Assembly: GCA_045047305.1 (NCBI GenBank)
Contig: JASFYO010000029.1
Location: 32,001 to 96,000, forward strand
Length of the DNA stretch: 64,000 nucleotides
Source of the DNA: Planctomycetota bacterium
Lineage (GTDB): Bacteria > Planctomycetota > UBA1135
Reading direction: 5' to 3'
Each line of letters starts with the position of its first letter. Position 1 is the first letter of the stretch. The position numbers and the translations under genes were made by a program. This document shows positions 1 through 8,668 of the stretch, piece by piece. Below the pieces are notes generated by a model, which was not told the DNA's origin, searched no databases, and worked only from the letters and a program-made list of their open reading frames with translations.

Positions 1-641
1 TCCCAAAAAGCATCGATGCGACCGGCAGCAACATAAGCCAAATCAATCGCGGCAGAACCCATGCGGCGAATGCCGCGCTGATGCAAAAACATGCGATTGA
101 AATTCTCGAGATTATTATCTGCAAGAAGATGACGACGGTAGGGAAAACCAGTTGCAAATAGAGATTCAAGCGGTTTTCTACTATCGGAAACTTGAAGGCG
201 CTTTCCATTTAGAAAAGCCCCTCCACCACGAATCGCGGTAAAAGTTTCCTGCAAGCGTGGTAAATGCACAACTGCCAGTTGTGGCACACCCCGATGCAGA
301 CGAGCTATCGAAACGGCATACATGGGCAACTGATGCACGAAATTGACCGTCCCGTCTAAGGGGTCAATACACCACATGGATGTGGAATCAGGGTTCCGCA
401 CTGCATCACCCGCACTCTCCTCAGCAAGGAAAGTGTCTTCAGGAAAGGCAGCGGACAAATGCTTCAGCAAATAGTTTTCACTAGCCAGATCCGCGGCGGT
501 CACCAAATCACGGCTGGAGCTTTTGGAGCCGATCTGATCCTTTGCTAGCCGTCCGCTCCAATCCAAAAGGATTTCTCCGGCACCGAGGGCGAGCGCTTCG
601 GCTTGAGCTAAAGCAGCAGTTAAGGAATCCGTGGCGCTCAT
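1..641 (-). CDS. suhB: Inositol monophosphatase family protein (3' end outside window)
   Basis: Manual translation from ATG at 641 (ATGA overlap with dacB stop): MSATDSLTAALAQAEALA...DLVTAAD...WCIDPLDGTVNF...GIRRMGSAAIDLAYVAAGRIDAFW. IMPase motifs DPLDGT and GSAAxDL. Not in the ORF track because it runs off the window. Confidence 0.9.
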   Translation of the reverse strand, partial: MSATDSLTAALAQAEALALGAGEILLDWSGRLAKDQIGSKSSSRDLVTAADLASENYLLKHLSAAFPEDTFLAEESAGDAVRNPDSTSMWCIDPLDGTVNFVHQLPMYAVSIARLHRGVPQLAVVHLPRLQETFTAIRGGGAFLNGKRLQVSDSRKPLESLFATGFPYRRHLLADNNLENFNRMFLHQRGIRRMGSAAIDLAYVAAGRIDAFW

Positions 642-2089
642 GCTTCACTGCGCAGAAAAGCGCTAAAAAATTGGTCTTGAAGTTCTTTAAAGCGTCGGTT
701 GTTGGTGTTCTTGTTTTTGGAACGATCGAAGTTCACTAAAAAGGAGAACACGGCGATACGTCCATCCTGCAGCAACAAGTAACCGCTTAAGGAGCTTGCT
801 CCAAGAATGAATCCGGTTTTAGCATGGATGCGCTGAGGACTAAAAATGGGGTTCTTAAACCGCGTCTTCAAACTAGCGTCGACGCCGCCAATAGGCAGAG
901 TGTCAAAGAACAGAGCACCGCGCGGATGTTGCGCTATTTGGCGCAAAATGTGACAGAGCTCCTCCGCCGTACAAGTGTTAAGACTCATGCTACTTGAGCG
1001 TGCCATACCGCTGCCGTCGGCCTGTTGAAAACCAAGTTCCTGATTGAGCTCACCTGACAAAATCTCATGGATGGCCGCAGCGCCAGAAACGAAATCGCCC
1101 GCCTGCTTCTTTTCAGCGCCGAGCGTCTTCATCAGGACTTCTGCAAGGTAGTTGTCGCTTTGCTTATTGGTGACAACGAGCACGTCGGCCAGAGTCCATT
1201 CCGAACGCCAGTCCAGTATTAATTCTCCGCTTTGCGGAGCTGCAGCAGAATCAAGCTGTGCAATCGCACCAACCCCAATCCCATGCTTCTTCAGCGCCGT
1301 CTTCAGCCAGGCGGCGTAAACTACCATGGGGTCTTGCACCGCAAAGCGAACACTCTCATTTTTTCCTGTGGTGGACCGAGCAATCACAATCTCATTCGCA
1401 CTTGCCCCCCACCACGCGGATAAAGATTTCCCCTTCTTCTTTGCGTAGCGAATGTGCATGCCAGCAGAGACATCGGGCACAGTATGAATACGGCCTTCGG
1501 TGCAAACCACTTCGAGGCAACCGCCCTCAATGGCAAGTGCAGAAACCGGTGCGCAATAAGTTTGCTGGGCCTGATTACTCGGCCAGTCTGGATGACGATA
1601 CTGCTTATCGAAATAGCGACCATCTAACTCCAGCGTTTCGATAAAACTCAAACCTTGCTCACGCAATCGGTCCGCCAATGCGCGAACAAAACGTGCTGCA
1701 TAATCAATATCTCCGATCCGACGCATAGAGGGATCTCCATACCCAACCACGCGAACCACCTTTTGATTTAAGAAAACTTTGGTGTGCCAACGATAGGTAT
1801 CCGGCAAAGCCATGAGTGCCGCAGCTGTAGTCAGAATTTTATTATTCGAGGCAAGCCGCTGCGGATCATCTCCGCGAAAGTCGTAAAGCACCTCCCCTTC
1901 CAAAGTCTCGACGTGCACCGCCACTTCCAGGAAATGCTCCCGATCGACTGCCTCTAACATAGCATCTAACTGTGGGTTCGACTTCGCTGGAGAGGCAACC
2001 GCGTCCACCGGCAACGCCTGTGCACCTAGCTGCGACGTCATCCCAAGCAACAGGAAAACGTGCAGGTGAAAACGCAATCGTCGGATCAA
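638..2089 (-). CDS. dacB: D-alanyl-D-alanine carboxypeptidase/endopeptidase (PBP4, peptidase S13)
   Basis: SxxK (ASNNK), SxN (SDN) and KTG (HAKTG) motifs, DGSG motif, signal peptide. Confidence 0.9.
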   Translation of the reverse strand: MIRRLRFHLHVFLLLGMTSQLGAQALPVDAVASPAKSNPQLDAMLEAVDREHFLEVAVHVETLEGEVLYDFRGDDPQRLASNNKILTTAAALMALPDTYRWHTKVFLNQKVVRVVGYGDPSMRRIGDIDYAARFVRALADRLREQGLSFIETLELDGRYFDKQYRHPDWPSNQAQQTYCAPVSALAIEGGCLEVVCTEGRIHTVPDVSAGMHIRYAKKKGKSLSAWWGASANEIVIARSTTGKNESVRFAVQDPMVVYAAWLKTALKKHGIGVGAIAQLDSAAAPQSGELILDWRSEWTLADVLVVTNKQSDNYLAEVLMKTLGAEKKQAGDFVSGAAAIHEILSGELNQELGFQQADGSGMARSSSMSLNTCTAEELCHILRQIAQHPRGALFFDTLPIGGVDASLKTRFKNPIFSPQRIHAKTGFILGASSLSGYLLLQDGRIAVFSFLVNFDRSKNKNTNNRRFKELQDQFFSAFLRSEA

Positions 2090-3663
2090 GGCCGCACGCC
2101 CTCATACGCTACGGCCCAAGCCACAGCGGTGTACAGTTTTGCAATCAGAGAAATCTTCTTGGCGTTAATAGTTTCAGCGATGTCGGTTGGCTGATGATAA
2201 TCCTTGTTGTCGTGCAGATCCGCCTCAAAAAAGAAAAGCCCATCCACTCCTTTCTGATGGAAGCTGTACTGATCACTCCGGGCATACAAATCACGCCCTT
2301 GCTTATTATCCATTTTCAGAGGGCTCTTGATGCGCTTATGCATGACCCCCACCAACTTTGCCCAACCAGGTCGGTCCCAGAGTCCGCCAATGTTGATTTT
2401 CTTGGTTGTCCCTCGACCTACCATGTCCATATTCAGCATGCCTACCGCATTTTCTAGAGGGAAAATCGGATGATCACAATAGGCGGACGAACCCAGCATT
2501 CCCATTTCCTCGCCGGTGAACCACAGAAACAGAACGTCGATTTCTGGTTTGGTGCCGGCAAGTCCTTGTGCAACTTCCAACAAGGCAGCACTACCACTGG
2601 CATTGTCATCTGCGCCAGGGCGGAGTTGGAAACGAATGTTGTCGGCAGCGACATCAAAACCGACGTGATCTAAATGCGCACCCAAAATGAGATGTTCGCC
2701 TCCAGACTCCTTACCCGGCAACAAGGCGGCGAGATTAAACGTATTGCGGGTTTCACTTTCCCACTCAACCTCCAAGTGAATCTCGATGCCCTTTTTCGAT
2801 TTTAGCACCTTGGCCTTCTTCTTTTTCTCCATACCCTGGTAGTAAGCACCAATGTCTTGATCAAAAATACGACCTGCGACTTCACGCGAGACCGACATAA
2901 CCGGAATCGAGGGAAAGCCGAATCTTCTTTGTAGTCCCACTGGACCGGCGCCACGGTTGTCGACGAACGGAACCATGCCAGGCAGCGGTTCTGTATCGTC
3001 GAAGACCATACCTGGGTCTGGCACTAACACCAAAGCCAAACCACCAGCCTTTTCGATTTCGCGCGCCTTATTTTTGACTTCTGAATAGCGAGTTGAAGCA
3101 GTGCCATCAAAGCGCCGTGACTTCGGGTCATCAGCAAAGGGCTCGCGGGTGAAGGCAAATACGATTTTGCCTTTCACATCCTTCTTTTTGACATCACGCC
3201 ATTTTTCTTTTTTTGCGTCAATCGCATAACCAATAAACACCGCTTCTCCCCATGCACTTTCTTCCTGGCTACCAATGACGGGAACAAAATGTTGCTCCAC
3301 GAGTAGAGGCATACTTTCTGCCAAACCAGAGACCTCAAAATGGCAATCCTTGCCTGCAACCACGCAGGAAATCGAAACTGGATTACGAAAGGAATCACCG
3401 TTGGCAGGCTGATACCCCAAGGCAGTCAGTTGCTCCTCCACGAAAACTGCGGCGCGTTCAAAGCCAGGAGTTAGGGTGCCGCGGCCGCCCATTCCGGGTG
3501 CTGCGAGGATCTGAACGTTGGCATAACTATCTTGCTCGGTAATCGTCTCCAGAACCTCTTCCAAAGTGGTGCGCTCATAAACCTTAGCCGAAGTAGTCGG
3601 CTCCTGCGCCCCAAGAGGAATTGGGGTGAGTAGAAGTGCGCTTAGGAAAAGGATGTATTTCAT
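2086..3663 (-). CDS. M28 family metallopeptidase with PA domain, secreted
   Basis: GAHLDH, GADDNASG, GEE, DMVG, SDQ and YH motifs; start placed at MKYILFL (ATGA overlap with galE stop). Confidence 0.88.
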   Translation of the reverse strand: MKYILFLSALLLTPIPLGAQEPTTSAKVYERTTLEEVLETITEQDSYANVQILAAPGMGGRGTLTPGFERAAVFVEEQLTALGYQPANGDSFRNPVSISCVVAGKDCHFEVSGLAESMPLLVEQHFVPVIGSQEESAWGEAVFIGYAIDAKKEKWRDVKKKDVKGKIVFAFTREPFADDPKSRRFDGTASTRYSEVKNKAREIEKAGGLALVLVPDPGMVFDDTEPLPGMVPFVDNRGAGPVGLQRRFGFPSIPVMSVSREVAGRIFDQDIGAYYQGMEKKKKAKVLKSKKGIEIHLEVEWESETRNTFNLAALLPGKESGGEHLILGAHLDHVGFDVAADNIRFQLRPGADDNASGSAALLEVAQGLAGTKPEIDVLFLWFTGEEMGMLGSSAYCDHPIFPLENAVGMLNMDMVGRGTTKKINIGGLWDRPGWAKLVGVMHKRIKSPLKMDNKQGRDLYARSDQYSFHQKGVDGLFFFEADLHDNKDYHQPTDIAETINAKKISLIAKLYTAVAWAVAYEGVRP

Positions 3664-4637
3664 GAGAGATAGCCCTGAGGTGAGGCAGCATGCCAGCGTA
3701 CCGCGGAATCCACAATGGAGGATAGCTCGGAACGTGTAGCAGTCCAACCCAACACTTGTTTAGCCAAACTGGGGTCCGCCACCAGGCGTGCGGGGTCTCC
3801 GGGGCGTCGTGGCGCTGGACTCCATGAAATCGACTTACCGGTTGCGTTCTCGACGGCGCGGATGACGTCGAGCACGGAATGGCCTTGGCCGGTGCCTAGG
3901 TTGAGTGAAATCGGTGCGCCACCTTCAAACAGGTACTGCAAAGCGCGGACATGGGCATCGGCAAGGTCCTCAATGTGGATGTAATCACGCACACAGGTGC
4001 CATCGGGAGTAGGCCAATCCATGCCAAAAACGGCCATGGGTTCTTGCAGCAAGCCCATTGCACTCAAAATAGCGCGAGGAATAAGGTGCGGCTCCGGATC
4101 ATGATGCTCCCCATACCCAGGTTCGGCTTCTGCACCAGCAGCATTGAAATAACGCAGGGCTACAAAATCGCCTTGCTTGGCATCAGCTCGGTCGCGCAAA
4201 AGACGTTCGGCAGCGAGCTTGGTTGCCCCATAGGGGTTCACCGGTGTTGGCGTGAGCTTTTCCGACAACAAGTCGACGTCCGGTTCTCCATAGGTCGCGC
4301 AGGTGGAACTCAACACGAAGGGCACTGTGGGGAATGCTTCGCATAGATGAATGACCGGTACTAGGTTTGCATGCCAATAGCGCAAGGGTTGCACCACGCT
4401 CTGTGCAATGTAAGCGCGCGCTGCAAAGTGAATGATGCCATCAAAAGATTCGCGCGCTGCAAAAGCATGCACTTTGGAGGCGTCGCGTAAATCGAACTCC
4501 TCGATGGCACCTTTCCATGCGGCCCGATGGCCTTCGGAAAAGTCATCGACCACCAAGACGTCGTAGCCTTTGCGCTCGAGGAGGCGCGCTGTTGCAGAAC
4601 CGATGTAGCCGCAGCCACCCGTGACTAGGATTCTCAT
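3660..4637 (-). CDS. galE: UDP-glucose 4-epimerase
   Basis: MRILVTGGCGYIGS, YxxxK (YGATK), LRYFNAAGA, DGTCVRDYIH. Confidence 0.93.
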   Translation of the reverse strand: MRILVTGGCGYIGSATARLLERKGYDVLVVDDFSEGHRAAWKGAIEEFDLRDASKVHAFAARESFDGIIHFAARAYIAQSVVQPLRYWHANLVPVIHLCEAFPTVPFVLSSTCATYGEPDVDLLSEKLTPTPVNPYGATKLAAERLLRDRADAKQGDFVALRYFNAAGAEAEPGYGEHHDPEPHLIPRAILSAMGLLQEPMAVFGMDWPTPDGTCVRDYIHIEDLADAHVRALQYLFEGGAPISLNLGTGQGHSVLDVIRAVENATGKSISWSPAPRRPGDPARLVADPSLAKQVLGWTATRSELSSIVDSAVRWHAASPQGYLS

Positions 4638-5830
4638 CCTCCTAGTTTGCCGGCGTCGGACTGTTCTTTCCACCACGCCCACCAAGCTAACTTGAGGCTC
4701 CTTCGCTGTTCAAGGTCCGGATCGAGACCAAGTCCGATGCTGTGGTTGGTTATCGCCTCGCAAGCAGCGCGGGCGCCACGGAATCGTGAACGATCTTCTG
4801 GGTCCATGACATCCAAAATCGGAGCCATCTCAGCCGCTGTACCTAGAACCGTCAAGCTGCGCAAAGCCTGCACCACGACTGCCGAGTCTTGATGCTGCAA
4901 AAAAGGAAGAATGGCACCCGTGCGCCCGACTGGGGCTCGCAGGGCGAGTTGCTGCATTGCCAAACGCACTACGCGCAAATCGGGATCATTCAACGCGAAC
5001 TCAAAACTACCGATGTCTTTGGGGAAGCGGTCGCGGGCAAGATAGCGGATTCCTTCAAGCCGCATATCTGGGTCCGTATGGTGGCGTAGCAGCATCAGGG
5101 CATCGGCCACGTTCTCTGGCTGGCCCAACTCAAAAGCATGCAAGCGTTGCACTACGCGCTGCTCTTCTTCGCGGAGAACCACACCATCAAGAGCCCGCTC
5201 GATACAAATCATGGCGCGCGTCAAATCACCCATTTGCTCATGCAAACTAGAAGCTCGCTGCCACCATTCTTGAGACTCACTTCCTTGGGTAAGGTTCCCC
5301 AGTTGCTCACAACGTAAAGCGGCCTCTAACTTGCGGTCCTGTTGCAAGAGCAGAGTCACCATCGCCGCCCAGGCATAGGCCTGTTCTTGGGAGTCCGCAA
5401 AACTTACGTCTAAAACCGCCAAGGCTTCCATCTCGCGACCAGTTTGCTGGTAATCATCTGCCAGATCAATCCGTAACCACAAATCATCGGGCCGGGTCGC
5501 TAGCAAAGTTTCGCGCACTTCCGCCGAGCGATAGGGGTCTCCACCTTTCTCTGCAAGAGCCGCGCGCCGAAACCAGAAGTCTTCATCCAACTCAGCCTCG
5601 GGCAAAGTGGCATAGCGATCCAGCCACATGCCAGCTTCGGCGTAATCCAGCCGAACTTCGGCGGCGCGCGCTAAATCCAGCCAAGAATCCGCAGGGACTT
5701 GCTGCGAATAAGGCGCATTGGTTTCCAATGGGAACGCAGACGAGCTTGCTGCACAAGATGGAAACCAGAGAGTGCCGCCCACAAGGACGGACCAGACTGG
5801 ACATGCGCAACGGTGGAGGCGAAACTTCAT
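4634..5830 (-). CDS. TPR + HEAT repeat protein, possible lipoprotein
   Basis: Helical TPR-like N-half and HEAT-like repeats (ALNDPDLRVVRLA, FLQHQDSAVVVQA); coupled by ATGA overlaps on both sides. Confidence 0.65.
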   Translation of the reverse strand: MKFRLHRCACPVWSVLVGGTLWFPSCAASSSAFPLETNAPYSQQVPADSWLDLARAAEVRLDYAEAGMWLDRYATLPEAELDEDFWFRRAALAEKGGDPYRSAEVRETLLATRPDDLWLRIDLADDYQQTGREMEALAVLDVSFADSQEQAYAWAAMVTLLLQQDRKLEAALRCEQLGNLTQGSESQEWWQRASSLHEQMGDLTRAMICIERALDGVVLREEEQRVVQRLHAFELGQPENVADALMLLRHHTDPDMRLEGIRYLARDRFPKDIGSFEFALNDPDLRVVRLAMQQLALRAPVGRTGAILPFLQHQDSAVVVQALRSLTVLGTAAEMAPILDVMDPEDRSRFRGARAACEAITNHSIGLGLDPDLEQRRSLKLAWWAWWKEQSDAGKLGG

Positions 5831-7062
5831 TGGAGACGTGCAAGCTGATTCCAGAAATCAGGAAAGGATTTAGCGACGCAACCCTGTCCTGCGATTTTCA
5901 GCTGTGGATAGCGTAACGATGCGATGCCAGCGGCCATGGCCAAACGATGATCATTGCAAGAATCAAACGCTGCTTGCGTGTGGGTTAGTGCACCTGGCTT
6001 CACACGTAACTCCCCTGCTCGCGCAGACATCGTACCTCCCAGGATAGCGGCCAGATGTTGCATGCCGTCTAACCGATTTGATTCTTTAAAACGCAGCCGC
6101 TCTGGATTGCGAAAAACCATGCCGTTGGGCATTTGGCTGGCGAGAACGGCAAGTGCTGGGCCGCTGTCAGGCGAATCTTGAAGGTCAAAGATGGGCACCC
6201 CGGAAGAAGCGGCAACCGCAGCGGCTGGCATCGGTACGAGGGTCGTCCCTTCGACTTGCAGGAGTCCGTTCTGGCGAAGAAAGTTCAGCACCGCAATATC
6301 CGGGTGCGACAGATCCCAAGGGCTTCGGATTTGAATCTCGCGCTGTTGCAGAATGGCAGCTACAGCGAAAAAGACCACAGCGGAGGCGTCGGATGGGATT
6401 TGCAAGTCTTGGCCGAGACCGTAACCCGCTTGTTGCTGCCACCCGTGCGCTTGGATTTGCAGGACATCGGGGCCGCGAAATTGCTGCAGCATGCAAACCG
6501 TCATGTCTAAGTATCCACGCGACACGGGTTCAGACCCTAACTTCCAGCTTTGCGCTTGCTTGCCAGAAGCCATCAGGAAACCACTGAAAAACTGACTGCT
6601 GAGGTCGACTGGAATCTGCATCTCTTGAGGTAGAGCGCGGCCTGAACTTTGCAGGTGAAAGCCGGAGGCTGTGGGAGTCAAAGAAGCTCCAAATTGAGCT
6701 AAGGCATCGACCATCACTTGTTGCGGCCGCGCGCGAAGGCCGGGTGCGAGTCCCAACATTAAGTCCTGCGGAACAGCAGCCAGCAGCGGCACCAAAAAGC
6801 GCAAAGTGGAGCCACCTTCACCGAGAGTCAGGGCATCGACCGTTGCCGTTTGCGGGCCGTGGCGCCCAACCACAAGCAGGCTGCCGCAGTCGTCTAGCTC
6901 AAGGCTCCAACCTAGTTGGCGCAGGGCTTGTTGCAAGAAGACGCTGTCATCTCCCGTACTTAAGCCAACCAGCCGACTTTCGCCTTGAGCCAGTGCCGCC
7001 AAAATCAACGCCCGTTGGGAGACGGATTTACATCCTGGAAGGTCGAGGGTGACGCGGCGCAT
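5827..7062 (-). CDS. aroA: 3-phosphoshikimate 1-carboxyvinyltransferase (EPSP synthase), divergent
   Basis: LPGCKSVSQRA, SSQFFSG, LRFKESNR, DHRLAMA, VAKSFPDFW. Confidence 0.88.
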   Translation of the reverse strand: MRRVTLDLPGCKSVSQRALILAALAQGESRLVGLSTGDDSVFLQQALRQLGWSLELDDCGSLLVVGRHGPQTATVDALTLGEGGSTLRFLVPLLAAVPQDLMLGLAPGLRARPQQVMVDALAQFGASLTPTASGFHLQSSGRALPQEMQIPVDLSSQFFSGFLMASGKQAQSWKLGSEPVSRGYLDMTVCMLQQFRGPDVLQIQAHGWQQQAGYGLGQDLQIPSDASAVVFFAVAAILQQREIQIRSPWDLSHPDIAVLNFLRQNGLLQVEGTTLVPMPAAAVAASSGVPIFDLQDSPDSGPALAVLASQMPNGMVFRNPERLRFKESNRLDGMQHLAAILGGTMSARAGELRVKPGALTHTQAAFDSCNDHRLAMAAGIASLRYPQLKIAGQGCVAKSFPDFWNQLARLQ

Positions 7063-7066
7063 AGGG

Positions 7067-7080
7067 AGATTCTAGAATCT
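7067..7080. promoter_or_regulatory. Palindromic bidirectional -10 element (AGATTCTAGAATCT) for divergent aroA and purC
   Basis: Perfect 14-bp palindrome giving TAGAAT on each strand, 5 nt before the purC ATG (7084) and 6 nt before the aroA ATG (7062). Confidence 0.65.
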
Positions 7081-7083
7081 GTC

Positions 7084-8025
7084 ATGGCCAGTGCATCCCC
7101 TTCCGACCTCACTTCCCATGGTTACGCCGGTGGCATAGAGATTCCTGGGTGGAATCTATTCTACGTAGGCAAGGTGCGCGACCTTTATCGCCATCCTAAC
7201 CACCCTCAGCACATGCTGATGGTCGCCACCGACCGCCTCAGCGCCTTTGATGTGGTGATGGCCGAAACAATCCCCGATCGTGGTCGAGTTCTGACCCACA
7301 TCACTGAGTTCTGGCTACAAGAATTTGCCGATTGGATGCCTGCCGCACGGGTCACCTGCGATCCGGAAGAGATTCCTGACCTCCCGACGGCATTCCACGA
7401 CGCGCTGCGTGGTCGCGCCACCTGGACCAAGGAAGCCGATCGGGTGAATGTGGAAGTGGTATTGCGTGCCTACCTCGCCGGTTCCGGATTCCGCGAGTAT
7501 GCAAAAACCGGCCGCTTGTGGGATCACGCCCTCCCCGCAGGCTTGCAAAACTCTTCGCAACTACCAGAAGTCCTGCACACTCCAACCACCAAGGCCGAGG
7601 TCGACGAACCCGTCACCTGGGTCGAAGCCATCGAACTCATTGGAAACCAAGACGAGGCTGCGCAAATCCACAAACTCGCTCTGCGGATTTTTAACCAAGC
7701 CAGCCAACGCGCAGCCGCCAAAGGTGTGGTCCTTGCCGATACCAAGTTCGAATTTGGTCGGGTGGACGGCAAGCTTGTTCTCATCGATGAGGTGATGACC
7801 CCGGATAGCTCCCGTTACTGGCCGCAGGATCAAATTGTTGCTGGGCAAGAACCGCCAAGCTTCGATAAGGAAATCGTGCGCAGCTATTTACGCTCGATTA
7901 CCGAGTGGGATAAAACGCCACCACCACCAAGCATTCCTGCCGAGGTGATTGCCGAAACCAGATCCCGCTACTTAGACATTTGCGAGATCCTGACTGGCAG
8001 TCTGCCGGTATCCGTTTCGCGCTAA
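7084..8025 (+). CDS. purC: Phosphoribosylaminoimidazole-succinocarboxamide (SAICAR) synthase
   Basis: GKVRDLY, ATDRLSAFD, LADTKFEFG, DEVMTPDSSRYW, SFDKE; start at ATG 7084. Confidence 0.95.
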   Translation: MASASPSDLTSHGYAGGIEIPGWNLFYVGKVRDLYRHPNHPQHMLMVATDRLSAFDVVMAETIPDRGRVLTHITEFWLQEFADWMPAARVTCDPEEIPDLPTAFHDALRGRATWTKEADRVNVEVVLRAYLAGSGFREYAKTGRLWDHALPAGLQNSSQLPEVLHTPTTKAEVDEPVTWVEAIELIGNQDEAAQIHKLALRIFNQASQRAAAKGVVLADTKFEFGRVDGKLVLIDEVMTPDSSRYWPQDQIVAGQEPPSFDKEIVRSYLRSITEWDKTPPPPSIPAEVIAETRSRYLDICEILTGSLPVSVSR

Positions 8026-8069
8026 GTTTTTGTTACCTTAGCTGAGGTCAGGGTAGGAGCGGGCTATGA

Positions 8070-8273
8070 GCCTCATCTCTATTCGGCGACATCTCAGTGA
8101 CTTTTCCGTGGTTGCAAACACCTCGATTCCCAGCAGACGAGAACGGCGTGGTGAATTTCACCACCACCCTTCCACGCGGAGTTTCCGGGCATAGCCTTTA
8201 TAGTCAGGCCATTGAGCTACTTGGCGACGGAACCGCAGAACTCAGCAATGCACTAGCGGCCCAGGTTCCATAG
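8070..8273 (+). pseudogene. Relic of the C-terminal domain of a secreted protein
   Basis: Open frame with no ATG, beginning right after an in-frame TGA (8067): ASSLFGDISVTFPWLQTPRFPADENGVVNFTTTLPRGVSGHSLYSQAIELLGDGTAELSNALAAQVP*; resembles the C-terminus of the 36344-39286 protein. Confidence 0.55.
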
Positions 8274-8359
8274 CAATTCAGCATTCCAATGTTATCCTTC
8301 TGCTAACATCGTTAACGTTCACTCCTTATCCTTGAACAAACCCCGTTTCGGAGTTCAAG

Positions 8360-8668
8360 TTGAACATAAAATCAAGATCTTCCCGCCGCCAACTCGCGTT
8401 TTGGGCTGGCATTACATTAACCTTTTTATCCGCGCAGTTACTCGCACAAGAAACCACTGGAGGTGACCATCACTTCGATGACTCCCAAGTCGGTGTATTC
8501 CGTGGGGAGAGTTTTAGGCTTGCGGTAGCATCGCTAGGCGATATCAATATCGATGGAATCCTAGATATCGCAGCCGGTCCTATAGATGACGATGGCATTT
8601 CTGATTTCGCGGTTGGTTCCTTGCCTATGCGTGAGAGCGTTCAGGCGATTCTCGACGTTCAGCCTTAA
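8360..8668 (+). pseudogene. Truncated FG-GAP (integrin-like) repeat protein fragment
   Basis: Signal peptide followed by about 1.5 FG-GAP units (AVASLGDINIDGILDIAAG; DDDGISDFAVG), then a stop overlapping the mnmG end; too short for a propeller. Confidence 0.5.
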
